Shown: positions 17,564-27,369 of the stretch, one piece after another
Layout: every line of letters starts with the position of its first letter
How positions within the stretch are numbered: position 1 is the first letter of the stretch
The notes under the pieces: generated by a model
Told to the model about the DNA's origin: nothing
Database searches by the model: none
Seen by the model: only the letters and a program-made list of their open reading frames with translations
Position numbers and translations under genes: made by a program
Assembly (NCBI GenBank): GCA_963829305.1
Contig: CAWHHY010000027.1
Coordinates: 4,370-68,369 of the forward strand
Source: an uncultured Actinomycetota bacterium
Lineage (GTDB): Bacteria; Actinomycetota; Actinomycetes; Mycobacteriales; Pseudonocardiaceae
DNA length: 64,000 nt
Reading direction: 5' to 3'

Positions 17564-18964
17564 TCATCGAGCCGGGACGTCCACGGCCCCGGTTGCCCCC
17601 GCGACGTCCAGCACCGGGCCGGTGGGCAGGAGCCGCAGCGCCGCCTCCGGGGCCGGCGCGGGATCTGTCATCCCGAGCGCGGCCGCCGATGCCTCGTCCG
17701 CGACCCCGTTGGCGACGCCGCTCGCCGACACGAGCCACACCGTGCCCGCTCCGGCCGGAACGCCCGGTGCGGTCGCGCGCACGGCCCCACCGGCGCCCAC
17801 CGCGACCGCGTCCACCCGTGCGCCGGGGCCGTCCGCGGCGGCGAGTACGACGGTCGGCTCCGCTCCCGGCATCCGGCCGAGGTGCACGCCGCCCACCGGG
17901 TCCGCCCCCGGCTCTCCCGACCAGGTCCAGCAGGTCACAGGAGCCTCGGCGGGCTCCCTCAGTGTCGGGGCGACGGCGGGCCAGCCGGCCACGTCGAGCC
18001 GGTGGACCGGGGGAAGGTCGGCGATCAGCTCGGGGCCGATCCCGGTCACCGCGTTCCCGGAGGCCGCGGCCAGCACGTCCGCAACCAGCGGTGGGACCTC
18101 CTGCAGACCCCGGTCGAGCACCACGTGATAGCGCGGAGCCGCCCCGGCGGGACGGCTCGACACGATGTCACCGACCCGTGCGCGCAGGCCGCGCGGCCCG
18201 GGTGCGCCCGCATCGGGCACGACCGGTCTGACCAGCGGCGGTCCCTCGGGCAGGGCCGAGACCAGGCCCGGGGACGCGGGCCGGGCGGCCCGGCCGGTGA
18301 GCCCGAGCGCGGTCCGGACCGCGGCGTCCCCGAGGTCGACCCGGTGCCGGTGCCCGCCGGTGACCAGCCACGTCGCGCCGCCGGGCACGGCGAGCAGGAC
18401 GCCGGCCGGCTCCTCCGACCCCGCAGCGACCCCGGCGAGCACGGTCGTGCCGAGCAACCGGCCGGTGGGGGTGGCCTCGTCGCACACCGCCCAGCGCGGC
18501 ACGACGCGCCGCTGCGGATCCGCCCCCACCGCTCCGGCGACGGCGGCGGCCGCGGTTCGCGGCGCCTCTGCGAGCGTCCCGTCGTCGACGAGCACCGGGT
18601 CGGTGAGCACCGGCGCCGAGCGCAGCGCAGCGAGCACGAGCCGACCCGCGACGGCGTTCGCGACCGGCACCAGACGGTCCGGATCGTGCGCGACGACGTA
18701 CAGCGCGCCCGACGGCGTGCCGACCACCAGGTCCTGCGTACGCCACGCCGGACGCGGGGCGACGACCGCCGACACCAGTGCCGCGGCAAGCCCGAGCACA
18801 CCCAACACGATCCCGGCTGCGACGGCCCGGCGCTGTGCGCGGACCTGCTCGTGCAGCGGCACCGGATCACCCCGCACCAGGGCGGCCTCCCACCGGCGCA
18901 GGCCGAACCGATAGGCGTCGACCTGGTCGCGGGTGGCCGGGCTGGGAGGAGCCACGCTCGGCAC
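17564..18964 (-). CDS. eccB: type VII secretion protein EccB
   Basis: 466-aa ORF with the N-terminus TRDQVDAYRFGLRRWEAALV, a single TM helix and a large extracytoplasmic domain. It is convergent with mycP, as in ESX-4. Confidence 0.9.
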   Translation of the reverse strand: MPSVAPPSPATRDQVDAYRFGLRRWEAALVRGDPVPLHEQVRAQRRAVAAGIVLGVLGLAAALVSAVVAPRPAWRTQDLVVGTPSGALYVVAHDPDRLVPVANAVAGRLVLAALRSAPVLTDPVLVDDGTLAEAPRTAAAAVAGAVGADPQRRVVPRWAVCDEATPTGRLLGTTVLAGVAAGSEEPAGVLLAVPGGATWLVTGGHRHRVDLGDAAVRTALGLTGRAARPASPGLVSALPEGPPLVRPVVPDAGAPGPRGLRARVGDIVSSRPAGAAPRYHVVLDRGLQEVPPLVADVLAAASGNAVTGIGPELIADLPPVHRLDVAGWPAVAPTLREPAEAPVTCWTWSGEPGADPVGGVHLGRMPGAEPTVVLAAADGPGARVDAVAVGAGGAVRATAPGVPAGAGTVWLVSASGVANGVADEASAAALGMTDPAPAPEAALRLLPTGPVLDVAGATGAVDVPAR

Positions 18965-19036
18965 GCTAACCGGGCGGACGCGTCCCCGAGGTCGTTTCGG
19001 GAAACACCCCCCGGGAACCGGCTCGTCAGGGTCGAG

Positions 19037-19937
19037 TCAGCCCACCGAGATGGCGTCGAGGCGCTCGCGGATGAACGGTGCGGTCACCACCGGGTCGAGG
19101 CCGCCCCGCCGGCCCACCGGCGGCGCCAGCGGGGTGACGACGGCGTCGTGGTCCAGCTCGTAGAAGAACACCAGGGACATCAGTTCCTCGTCCGGATGCG
19201 CGGCCTGCGGCGGCAGCACGCGGTGGCGGCCCGAGCTCCACCGCAGCCCGGTCCCGTAAGCGAGCGGAGCGAGCGAACCAGTGTCACAGCGCGTTCGCGA
19301 AGCGTCGACCGAGCGCAGCGAGGGAGTGCGGAGAGCGAGCAGGTCGCCGATGTTGACCGTCAGCGCGTCCGGGTCGTACGGGGCGTCCTGCCAGACGCCC
19401 GAACCATCGGGGTCATCAGCTGCGGTGCCGAACACCTGCAGCCCGCCCGCTCCCGGCTCCCGGTCGAGCACGGTGACCGTGCCGAAGTCGGTGTGCGGCC
19501 CGATCCGGTACTGACCGTCGGCGGGCCTCGGCGATGCGCCGCGTCGCGGACGACCCCTCGGCCGGCCAGACGTTCGGCGGGAACCACACCGCGTCCACGG
19601 CCGCGTCCCCGGTCGGCGTGTCCGGCCCGACGGCGAACGACTCCTTGAGGTCCGGCGGGGTCTCCGTGCCCTCGACGAGCGCGTTCGCCTCGACGCCCGG
19701 AGCGAGCCATCCGCGCCCGCCGATGCGCACCGCGTACCGCTGCTTGACCTCGTCGGGCAGGGCGAAGAACCGCCGCGCCGCCGCCCGCACACCTGCCCGC
19801 AGGGCGGCGTCGACGCCGTGGCCGGTGACCAGCAGGAAGCCCGCCCGCCGCAACGCCGTGTCCACCTGCGTGGCGACGGCCGCAGGATCGGCTCGCCAGG
19901 TGTCGAGATCGACCGTGGGGATCGCGTTCGCCGGCAT
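19037..19937 (-). pseudogene. 2OG-Fe(II) oxygenase (isopenicillin-N-synthase-like family), disrupted
   Basis: The N-terminal half (MPANAIPTVDL...FFALPDEVK...NVWPAE) is in the frame of ORF 19416-19967. The C-terminal half (GPHTDFGTVTVL...GLQV...NIGDLL...RHRV) is in the frame of ORF 19037-19792. Only ~26 codons separate NVWP from HTD. Confidence 0.6.
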
Positions 19938-20473
19938 CAGGGCGCCTCTCCGATGTCCTCGTGCCACAGCTCCGGCCGGGCCGCGATGAAGTCCTCCATC
20001 AGCGACACGCAGCGGTCGTCGTCGAGCAGCGTGACCTCGACCCCGTGCTCGGCCAGCCAGTCGTGCCCGCCGGTGAACGTGCGCGACTCCCCGATCACGA
20101 CGGCACCGATGCCGAACTGCCGGACCAGCCCACTGCAGTACCAGCAGGGCGACAGGGTCGTCACCATGACGGTCTTGCGGTAGTCGCGTTGGCGCCCGGC
20201 CGCACGGAACGCGGCCGTCTCGGCGTGCATCGACGGGTCGCCGTCCTGAACGCGCCGGTTGTGGCCGCGGCCCAGGAGCGTTCCGTCGGCGGCGAACAGG
20301 GCGGCCCCGATCGGGATGCCGCCCTCCGCGAGCCCGGCGCGGGCCTCGTCGAGGGCGATGTCGAGGGCGCTGCCGAGCAGTGCGGTGAGGTCGGTGTCGG
20401 GCACGACGACACTCTGCGGGGCGGCCGCCGCTCCCGGCAACCGACCCGCCGTTGCGAACAGGTTTCCGAGCAC
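19937..20473 (-). CDS. cytosine/nucleoside deaminase (CMP/dCMP-type zinc deaminase, yeast-Fcy1-like)
   Basis: Zinc motifs HAETAAF and SPCWYCSG, with the C-terminal FIAARPELWHEDIG typical of Fcy1-like cytosine deaminases. The start is uncertain. A TGATG overlap links it to the downstream oxygenase remnant. Confidence 0.8.
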   Translation of the reverse strand: MLGNLFATAGRLPGAAAAPQSVVVPDTDLTALLGSALDIALDEARAGLAEGGIPIGAALFAADGTLLGRGHNRRVQDGDPSMHAETAAFRAAGRQRDYRKTVMVTTLSPCWYCSGLVRQFGIGAVVIGESRTFTGGHDWLAEHGVEVTLLDDDRCVSLMEDFIAARPELWHEDIGEAP

Positions 20474-20523
20474 CCCGCTGTTACCGGAATGCGGCCTACA
20501 TCAGCGCGCCGCCCGTCAGGGCG

Positions 20524-20944
20524 GTGGTGCAAGCTGCGTACGTGGGAGACCTCGCCGTGTCCGGCCTCGCTCGGACTCGGCTGGCCCGGTCTGTCGCCGA
20601 CGCGGGCTGGTCGACGTTCGTGGCGATGCTTGACTATAAGGCGCGGCGGCACGGGCGGAGGTTCGCCCGAGTCGGGCGCTGGTTCCCGCGCCCGAGTCGG
20701 GCGCTGGTTCCCGTCCACCCGGGCGTGCTCGGCGTGCGGGGCCATCGGCGAGGCCAAGCCCCTGCACGTGCGGAACTGGACCTGCCCGTGCGGCGCCGTC
20801 CACGACCGCGATCACAACGCGGCCAAGAACATCCTCGCGGCGGGACGCGCCGAGAGTAGAGAAACGCTCGTGGAGCTGGTGTCAGCCGGGACCCCGGTCC
20901 CGCAACCGGCCGTGAAGCGAGAACCCGCCGGGAGCACGGCATGA
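20524..20944 (+). pseudogene. tnpB: tnpB (IS200/IS605-family RNA-guided nuclease) 3' remnant, frameshifted
   Basis: Only the last ~130 codons remain: VGDLAVSGLARTRLARSVADAGWSTFVAMLDYKARRHGRRF, then (other frame) [44 protein letters not shown]. This covers the Zn ribbon and the last RuvC motif. Confidence 0.75.
20664..20713 (+). repeat. perfect 25-bp tandem duplication inside the tnpB remnant
   Basis: CGCCCGAGTCGGGCGCTGGTTCCCG occurs twice back to back (20664-20688 and 20689-20713). This causes the frame change. Confidence 0.9.
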
Positions 20945-20961
20945 GCCGCGCAGACCGGAAT

Positions 20962-20981
20962 CCCCGCCGCCCACGGCGGGG
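20962..20981. other. perfect GC hairpin at the presumed IS right end; may double as truA terminator
   Basis: CCCCGCCG-CCCA-CGGCGGGG lies between the tnpB stop (20942-20944) and the truA stop (20988-20990). Confidence 0.5.
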
Positions 20982-20987
20982 AGGACG

Positions 20988-21899
20988 TCAAGCGCCGCCC
21001 GGCACCCGCAGCCGGCGCGTCACCGCTGCCCGGGCGGCCAGTTCGGCGTCCGGCGGGTAGTCGACACCGACGAGCGTCAGCCCGTGAGCGGGCGCCACCC
21101 CCACGTCCGACGCCCGCTCCGCCCGCAGGAGCAGGCCGGCCGGCCACTCGACAGCGCGGCGGCCGCGGCCCACGTCGAGCAGCGCCCCGACCAGACTGCG
21201 GACCATCGAGTGGCAGAAGGCATCGGCCGACACCACCGCCTCGACGATTCCGTCCGGCCCGCGGGTCCACTCCAGGCGCTGCAGCGCCCGCACCGTCGTC
21301 GCGCCCTCCCGGCGCTTGCAGAACGCGGCGAAGTCGTGCTCGCCGAGCAACCCGGCGGACGCGGCCGCGACGGCGTCGAGATCCAGCGGATGCGGCCAGG
21401 CCAGCGTGTCGCGAGCACGCAACGGGTCCGCGCCCCAGGGCGCTGTGGCGATCCGGTAGCGGTAGTGACGGCTCAGTGCCGCGAACCGGGCGTCGAACTC
21501 CACCGGCACGGGCGTGACGGCGGTGACCCGCACGTCGGCGGGCAGCAGCCGGGCCAAGCGGCGCACGAGCCGGACGGGGTCGACGTCGGCGGGCAGGTCC
21601 GCGGAGGCGACCTGCCCGGTGGCGTGCACGCCGGCGTCGGTCCGCCCGGCCACCGTCAGCGCGACGGGTACCCGCAGGATCACGGCCAGCGCATCGGTGA
21701 GCACCCCGGCCACGGTGCGCCGCCCGGGCTGGGCGGCCCAGCCGGAGAAGTCGGTGCCGTCGTAGGCGATGTCGAGCCGGTACCTCGCATCTCGGTGCGG
21801 CTCGGGCACGGGAGCCCCGGGGAACGCGGCCGGAACGGCGACGAGCCCGCCGTCCCCTACCCCACCGACATGCGTTGGGGGGACGGCGGGCTCGCTCAC
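20988..21899 (-). CDS. truA: tRNA pseudouridine(38-40) synthase
   Basis: [21 protein letters not shown] and the catalytic-Asp loop [13 protein letters not shown]. The start is uncertain. Confidence 0.92.
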   Translation of the reverse strand: MSEPAVPPTHVGGVGDGGLVAVPAAFPGAPVPEPHRDARYRLDIAYDGTDFSGWAAQPGRRTVAGVLTDALAVILRVPVALTVAGRTDAGVHATGQVASADLPADVDPVRLVRRLARLLPADVRVTAVTPVPVEFDARFAALSRHYRYRIATAPWGADPLRARDTLAWPHPLDLDAVAAASAGLLGEHDFAAFCKRREGATTVRALQRLEWTRGPDGIVEAVVSADAFCHSMVRSLVGALLDVGRGRRAVEWPAGLLLRAERASDVGVAPAHGLTLVGVDYPPDAELAARAAVTRRLRVPGGA

Positions 21900-21910
21900 G
21901 TGCCGGTGGT

Positions 21911-22702
21911 TCAGGACCTCGGTGCAGGCGGCTCGAACCCGGCGGCCTCGGCGGCCTCCGGCGTCGCGAACCAGACCTCGGCCACGGTCCGCTCGTAGTG
22001 CGGCGACTCGGGAACGTGGTAGATCTTCGAGTCCTCGTTACCCTTGATCGGGAAGCCGTCCGGCGCCTCGGACGGGTCGGCCAGCGGGGCGTGGCTGCCC
22101 TCGCCGTACGGCGCGTTCGCGGTCGAGGTGCTCTCCTCGGCCGGTGCGTCGGCCGCCGGGCCATCCGCTGCCGGTGCGTCTGCCGCCGTCTCGGCCGCGG
22201 TCGCCGAAGCGCCCTCGGCCTCGTCGACGGCGTTCTCCCCGGTTGTCGGGCCCGTCTCCGCCGCGGCCGGAGCCGCCGCGGTGGCCGGCTGGCGGCGCTG
22301 CGACCCGGCAACGCGCCGGGCCCGGTCCGCCTCGTCCGTGACGGTCTTCTGCGACACCAGCTCGATCACGGCCATCGGGGCGTTGTCGCCCTGACGCGCC
22401 AGCGTCTTGGTGATGCGCGTGTAACCGCCGTTGCGGTCGGCGAAGAACGGGCCGATCTCGTGCATCAAGCGGTGCACGGTCTCCCGATCCCGGATCACCT
22501 TCTGGATCTCGCGGCGGTTGTGCAGGTCGCCGCGCTTGGCCTTGGTGATCAGGCGCTCGGCGTACGGGCGCAGCCGCTTCGCCTTGGCCTCGGTCGTGGT
22601 GATCTTGCCGTGCTGGAACAGCGAAGTCGCCAGGTTGGCCAGGATCAGCCGCTGGTGCGCGGGCGAGCCGCCGAGGCGGGCGCCCTTGGTGGGCTGAGGC
22701 AT
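21911..22702 (-). CDS. rplQ: 50S ribosomal protein L17 with ~145-aa C-terminal extension
   Basis: Canonical L17 occupies the first ~116 aa ([21 protein letters not shown]...[10 protein letters not shown]). An Ala/Glu/Pro-rich linker follows, then [42 protein letters not shown]. Confidence 0.92.
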   Translation of the reverse strand: MPQPTKGARLGGSPAHQRLILANLATSLFQHGKITTTEAKAKRLRPYAERLITKAKRGDLHNRREIQKVIRDRETVHRLMHEIGPFFADRNGGYTRITKTLARQGDNAPMAVIELVSQKTVTDEADRARRVAGSQRRQPATAAAPAAAETGPTTGENAVDEAEGASATAAETAADAPAADGPAADAPAEESTSTANAPYGEGSHAPLADPSEAPDGFPIKGNEDSKIYHVPESPHYERTVAEVWFATPEAAEAAGFEPPAPRS

Positions 22703-22704
22703 CG

Positions 22705-23751
22705 CTACAGCTGCTCCGTTTCTGCGTAGTCCTGGCCGTCGTCACCGAACGGCTGGTCCGGGTCGAACGTGTCCGTGGTGTAGTCCGTGGCCGCCACGGT
22801 CGGGTCGAACCCGGGCGGGCTGTCCTTGAGCGCGAGGCCGAGCCCGACGAGCTTCATCTTGACCTCGTCGATCGACTTCGCACCGAAGTTGCGGATGTCG
22901 AGCAGGTCGGCCTCGCTGCGGCCCACCAGTTCGCCGACGGTGTGGATGCCCTCGCGCTTGAGGCAGTTGTAGGAACGGACCGTCAGGTCGAGCTCCTCGA
23001 TCGGCATCGCGAAGGCGGCGATGGTGTCGGCCTCCTGCGGCGACGGGCCGATCTCGATGCCCTCTGCGTCGACGTTCAGCTCGCGGGCCAGGCCGAAGAG
23101 CTCCACGAGGGTCTTGCCGGCCGAGGCCAGCGCGTCCCGCGGGGTCATCGACGGCTTGGTCTCGACGTCCAGCACGAGGCGGTCGAAGTCGGTGCGCTGC
23201 TCGACGCGGGTGGCCTCGACCTTGTAGGTCACCTTCAGCACCGGCGAGTAGATCGAGTCGACCGGGATGCGGCCGATCTCGGCACCGGTGGCCTTGTTCT
23301 GCTGGGCCGGCACGTACCCGCGGCCCCGCTCGACGACCAGCTCGACCTCGAGGCGGCCCTTGTCGTTCAGGGTGGCGATGTGCAGGTCCGGGTTGTGCAC
23401 GGTGACGCCCGCGGGCGGCACGATGTCGCCGGCCGTCACCGGGCCGGGGCCCTGCTTGCGCAGGTACATGGTGACCGGCTCGTCCTCCTCGGAGCTCACG
23501 ACGAGCTCCTTGAGGTTCAGGATGATGTCGGTGACGTCCTCCTTGACGCCCGGGACGGTGGTGAACTCGTGCAGCACGCCGTCGATGCGGATGCTGGTCA
23601 CGGCCGCGCCGGGGATGGACGACAGAAGGGTGCGCCGGAGCGAGTTGCCCAGCGTGTAGCCGAATCCCGGCTCCAGCGGCTCGATGACGAACCGCGACCG
23701 GGTGTCGGCGACCGTGTCCTCGGTCAGGGCAGGGCGCTGAGAGATCAGCAC
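22705..23751 (-). CDS. rpoA: DNA-directed RNA polymerase subunit alpha
   Basis: 348-aa full-length RpoA ([43 protein letters not shown]). Confidence 0.97.
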   Translation of the reverse strand: MLISQRPALTEDTVADTRSRFVIEPLEPGFGYTLGNSLRRTLLSSIPGAAVTSIRIDGVLHEFTTVPGVKEDVTDIILNLKELVVSSEEDEPVTMYLRKQGPGPVTAGDIVPPAGVTVHNPDLHIATLNDKGRLEVELVVERGRGYVPAQQNKATGAEIGRIPVDSIYSPVLKVTYKVEATRVEQRTDFDRLVLDVETKPSMTPRDALASAGKTLVELFGLARELNVDAEGIEIGPSPQEADTIAAFAMPIEELDLTVRSYNCLKREGIHTVGELVGRSEADLLDIRNFGAKSIDEVKMKLVGLGLALKDSPPGFDPTVAATDYTTDTFDPDQPFGDDGQDYAETEQL

Positions 23752-23847
23752 AGGTGTTTCTCCATTCGGTTTGCCGCGGCACCCACTATTTGATGCCGCA
23801 GTGAGCCCCCGGCCCCACTGCAGGGCCGGGGGATCGAGCGCTACCCC

Positions 23848-24453
23848 TTACTTGGAGTAGAGCTCGACGATCAGCTGCTCGGTGACCTGCGTGTCGATCT
23901 GCGCACGCTCCGGGAGCTGGTGCACGAGGATGCGCAGGCTGCTGGGCACGACCTGCAGCCAGGCCGGGATCGGCCGGTCGCCCACCAGCTCCTTGGCGAT
24001 GATGAAGGGGTCGGTCGGCATCGACTTCGGCTTGACGTCGATGACGTCCCACTGCGACACCCGGAAGCTGGGGATGTCGACCTTCTTCCCGTTGACCAGG
24101 AAGTGGCCGTGGTTCACCAGCTGACGGGCCATGCGCCGGGTGCGGGCGAGACCCGCGCGGTACACGACGTTGTCCAGGCGCGACTCGAGGATCTGGAGCA
24201 GGTTGTCGCCGGTCTTGCCCTGGCGACGGTTGGCCTCCTCGTAGTAGCGGCGGAACTGCCGCTCGAGCACGCCGTACGCGAAGCGGGCCTTCTGCTTCTC
24301 CTGCATCTGCAGGAGGTACTCGGTCTCCTTGATCCGGATCCGGCCGTGCTGGCCGGGCGGGTACGGGCGACGCTCGAAAGCCTGGTCTCCGCCGACGAGG
24401 TCGACCTTCAGCCGGCGGGACTTGCGGGTCATGGGGCCGGTGTAGCGAGCCAT
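23848..24453 (-). CDS. rpsD: 30S ribosomal protein S4
   Basis: 201-aa ORF starting MARYTGPMTRKSRRL, in the conserved operon position. Confidence 0.96.
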   Translation of the reverse strand: MARYTGPMTRKSRRLKVDLVGGDQAFERRPYPPGQHGRIRIKETEYLLQMQEKQKARFAYGVLERQFRRYYEEANRRQGKTGDNLLQILESRLDNVVYRAGLARTRRMARQLVNHGHFLVNGKKVDIPSFRVSQWDVIDVKPKSMPTDPFIIAKELVGDRPIPAWLQVVPSSLRILVHQLPERAQIDTQVTEQLIVELYSK

Positions 24454-24472
24454 GTCTGGTTGCTCCTCTCCC

Positions 24473-24880
24473 CTAGACCCGGCGCCGCTTGGGCGGGCGG
24501 CAGCCGTTGTGCGGCTGCGGGGTGACGTCGGAAATCGTGCCCACCTCGAGGCCGGCGGCCTGCAGCGAACGAATCGCGGTCTCCCGGCCGGAGCCGGGAC
24601 CCTTGACGAACACGTCGACCTTCTTCATGCCGTGCTCGGCGGCCTTGCGGGCGGCGCTCTCGGCGGCCATCTGCGCCGCGAACGGCGTGGACTTGCGCGA
24701 GCCCTTGAACCCGACGTGACCCGCCGAGGCCCACGCGATCACCGCACCGGTCGGGTCCGTGATGGACACGATCGTGTTGTTGAAGGTGCTCTTGATGTGC
24801 GCGTGGCCGTGCGCGACGTTCTTCTTCTCCTTGCGGCGGACCTTCTTCGGTCCGGCCGCCGTACGGCTGCGGGGCGGCAT
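24473..24880 (-). CDS. rpsK: 30S ribosomal protein S11
   Basis: 135-aa ORF with [19 protein letters not shown] and [13 protein letters not shown]. Confidence 0.96.
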   Translation of the reverse strand: MPPRSRTAAGPKKVRRKEKKNVAHGHAHIKSTFNNTIVSITDPTGAVIAWASAGHVGFKGSRKSTPFAAQMAAESAARKAAEHGMKKVDVFVKGPGSGRETAIRSLQAAGLEVGTISDVTPQPHNGCRPPKRRRV

Positions 24881-25260
24881 TACTTCTTACCTGCCTTCTT
24901 CTTGCCGGCGACGGTCTTCTTCGGACCCTTGCGGCTGCGGGCGTTGGTCTTGGTCCGCTGGCCGCGCACCGGCAGGCCCCGGCGGTGCCGGATCCCCTGG
25001 TAGCAGCCGATCTCGATCTTCCGGCGGATGTCCGCCTGCACCTCGCGGCGCAGGTCGCCCTCGACCCGGAAGTTGCTCTCGATGTACTCGCGCAGTGCGA
25101 CGAGATCCTCGTCGGTCAGGTCCTTCGTGCGCAGGTCGTAGCCGATCCCCGTGGCGTTGAGGATCTCCTTCGACCGGGTGCGTCCGATCCCGTAGATATA
25201 GGTGAGCGCGACCTCCATCCGCTTGTCGCGGGGGAGGTCGACGCCGGCGAGACGTGCCAT
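24880..25260 (-). CDS. rpsM: 30S ribosomal protein S13
   Basis: 126-aa ORF starting [26 protein letters not shown]. Confidence 0.96.
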   Translation of the reverse strand: MARLAGVDLPRDKRMEVALTYIYGIGRTRSKEILNATGIGYDLRTKDLTDEDLVALREYIESNFRVEGDLRREVQADIRRKIEIGCYQGIRHRRGLPVRGQRTKTNARSRKGPKKTVAGKKKAGKK

Positions 25261-25442
25261 GCGGCGGGGTGCTCCTGTCGTTGTGCCGGGTACTCCCGAC
25301 GACCGTCCCGGCCGCGCAGCGGCCGGGCCCCGGCCCGGTCCCGGGGGCGGACCGCGCCCGATGGCGCGGCAGGTTCGTCGGGTTCCTCTGTGGTGCTGCG
25401 GTCAGACGACCGCGACGTGCGCTGGATGGTGCTCCGCGCTAC

Positions 25443-25556
25443 TCAGCCCTGGCGCTGCTTGTGGCGCAGGTTCTCGCAGATCACCATGACCCGCCCGTGA
25501 CGGCGGATCACCTTGCACTTGTCGCAGATCTTCTTGACGCTCGGGTTGACCTTCAC
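25443..25556 (-). CDS. rpmJ: 50S ribosomal protein L36
   Basis: Too short for the ORF track. Manual reverse translation from GTG 25556 gives (M)[36 protein letters not shown] followed by a stop. Confidence 0.9.
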   Translation of the reverse strand: MKVNPSVKKICDKCKVIRRHGRVMVICENLRHKQRQG

Positions 25557-25608
25557 GTCGTCGATCCTGTTCTCGGTAGCGCTCCCGGCGGTCGCCGGGA
25601 GCGATGCG

Positions 25609-25830
25609 TCACTTGTAGCGGTAGACGATGCGGCCGCGGGTCAGGTCGTACGGCGACAGCTCGACCACCACCCGGTCCTCGGGGAGGATCCGGATGTAGT
25701 GCTGCCGCATCTTCCCGCTGATGTGGGCCAGGACCCGGTGTCCGTTCTCCAGCTCCACGCGGAACATCGCGTTCGGCAGGGGTTCGACGACCCGGCCCTC
25801 GACCTCGATCGCCCCGTCCTTCTTGGCCAT
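25609..25830 (-). CDS. infA: translation initiation factor IF-1
   Basis: Internal ATG of the 140-aa ORF, preceded by [47 protein letters not shown], 73 aa. Confidence 0.95.
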   Translation of the reverse strand: MAKKDGAIEVEGRVVEPLPNAMFRVELENGHRVLAHISGKMRQHYIRILPEDRVVVELSPYDLTRGRIVYRYK

Positions 25831-26075
25831 GTCCTCCGCGTTCCGTGACAGAAGTGGTGTCGGTCCTTGCTCGCGGGCACGCCACAACCCAGAACCGTGG
25901 AGTGCGGGAGGCACGACGGGACGGGCCCTACGGGCACGCGCGAAACACCAGTGTACGTCGCTTGCCTCACCTGCCGCGCGTGGGGTAGGCGCGGCAGCCG
26001 CACCCGCCGGAGTCGAGCCACTGGGGCCCATCTCGAGGGGCGACTCGGCGGCCGAATCGACCCTACGCTGCGGGA

Positions 26076-27284
26076 ATGGCCCAGCGTCGCCTGCCCCGAC
26101 CCGCCGAGCTCGCTCCGCTCCTGCGGCCCGCCCCGTTCGTTCGCGACGCTGCCACCCGGCGGCTGCGCCGTGCAGCCGCCGTCGCCGACCTCCGGGCGAT
26201 CGCCCGGCGGCGCACCCCGCGCGCGGTGTTCGACTACTGCGACGGGGCCGCCGACGGCGAGCAGTCGCTCCGCCGGGCTCGGGAGGCGTTCGCGAGGATC
26301 GAGTTCCGCCCGTCGGTGCTGCGCGACGTGTCGACCATCGACACCGGCCGCGACATCCTCGGCCGACGTTCGGCCCTCCCGTTCGTGTTCGCCCCGACCG
26401 GCTTCACCCGGATGATGCACACCGAGGGCGAGCGCGCGGTGGCGTCGGTGGCGCAGGAGGTCGGCGTCCCCTACGCCCTGTCGACCGTGGGGACCACCAG
26501 CATCGAGGACCTGGCCGCCTCCGCGCCCTCCGCCCGTCTGTGGTTCCAGCTCTACCTGTGGCGTGACCGGTCGTTCGGCAAGGATCTCGTCCAGCGCGCC
26601 GCAGCCGCCGGCTACGACACGCTCATGCTCACGGTGGACACGCCCGTCGGCGGAGCACGGCTACGCGACGTCCGCAACGGTCTGTCGATCCCGCCCGCGC
26701 TCTCGATGCGCACGTTCCTCGATGGCGCGCTGCATCCGAGCTGGTGGTTCGACCTGCTCACCACCGAACCCCTGACGTTCTCGACCCTCGCGACCGGGGG
26801 CACCCCGGAGCAGATGATCAACCAGGTCTTCGATCCCGCACTGACGTTGGCCGACGTCGAGTGGCTCCGCGACATCTGGCCCGGCAAGCTCGTGATCAAG
26901 GGAGTGCAGAGCGTCGACGACGCCCTCCGCGTGGTGGGCGCGGGCGCGGACGGCGTCCTGCTGTCCAACCACGGCGGCCGACAGCTCGACCGCGCTCCCG
27001 TGCCGTTGGAGCTGGTGGAGCCCGCCGTCCAGGCGTTGAGCGGGCGGGCCGAGGTGCTCGTGGACACCGGTGTGACAAACGGCGGCGACGTCGTCGCGGC
27101 CGTTGCGCTGGGGGCCACGGCCGTGCTCGTCGGGCGGGCGTACCTGTACGGACTGATGGCGGGCGGGCGCGCCGGCGTGGCGAAGACCGCCGAGATCCTC
27201 CGGGCCGACATCGTCCGCACGCTCCAGCTCCTGGGCGTGCCGAGCGTGGACGCGCTCGGTCCTCAGCACGTGCGTCTGAGGTAG
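26076..27284 (+). CDS. FMN-dependent alpha-hydroxy-acid dehydrogenase/oxidase (L-lactate dehydrogenase-like)
   Basis: 402-aa ORF with [14 protein letters not shown] and the active-site loop [11 protein letters not shown]. Confidence 0.85.
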   Translation: MAQRRLPRPAELAPLLRPAPFVRDAATRRLRRAAAVADLRAIARRRTPRAVFDYCDGAADGEQSLRRAREAFARIEFRPSVLRDVSTIDTGRDILGRRSALPFVFAPTGFTRMMHTEGERAVASVAQEVGVPYALSTVGTTSIEDLAASAPSARLWFQLYLWRDRSFGKDLVQRAAAAGYDTLMLTVDTPVGGARLRDVRNGLSIPPALSMRTFLDGALHPSWWFDLLTTEPLTFSTLATGGTPEQMINQVFDPALTLADVEWLRDIWPGKLVIKGVQSVDDALRVVGAGADGVLLSNHGGRQLDRAPVPLELVEPAVQALSGRAEVLVDTGVTNGGDVVAAVALGATAVLVGRAYLYGLMAGGRAGVAKTAEILRADIVRTLQLLGVPSVDALGPQHVRLR

Positions 27285-27369
27285 GGCGGCGACGCGGCGC
27301 CGAAATGCCCGCGAAAAGTGTCGGGGTCGGCGCCTACCGTGCGTCGCATCCACGACGAGAGGAACGACG

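Noticed and set aside
20812-22311. 499-aa Arg-rich minus-strand ORF
   Set aside because: It overlaps truA and rplQ in alternative frames and consists of Arg/Pro runs.
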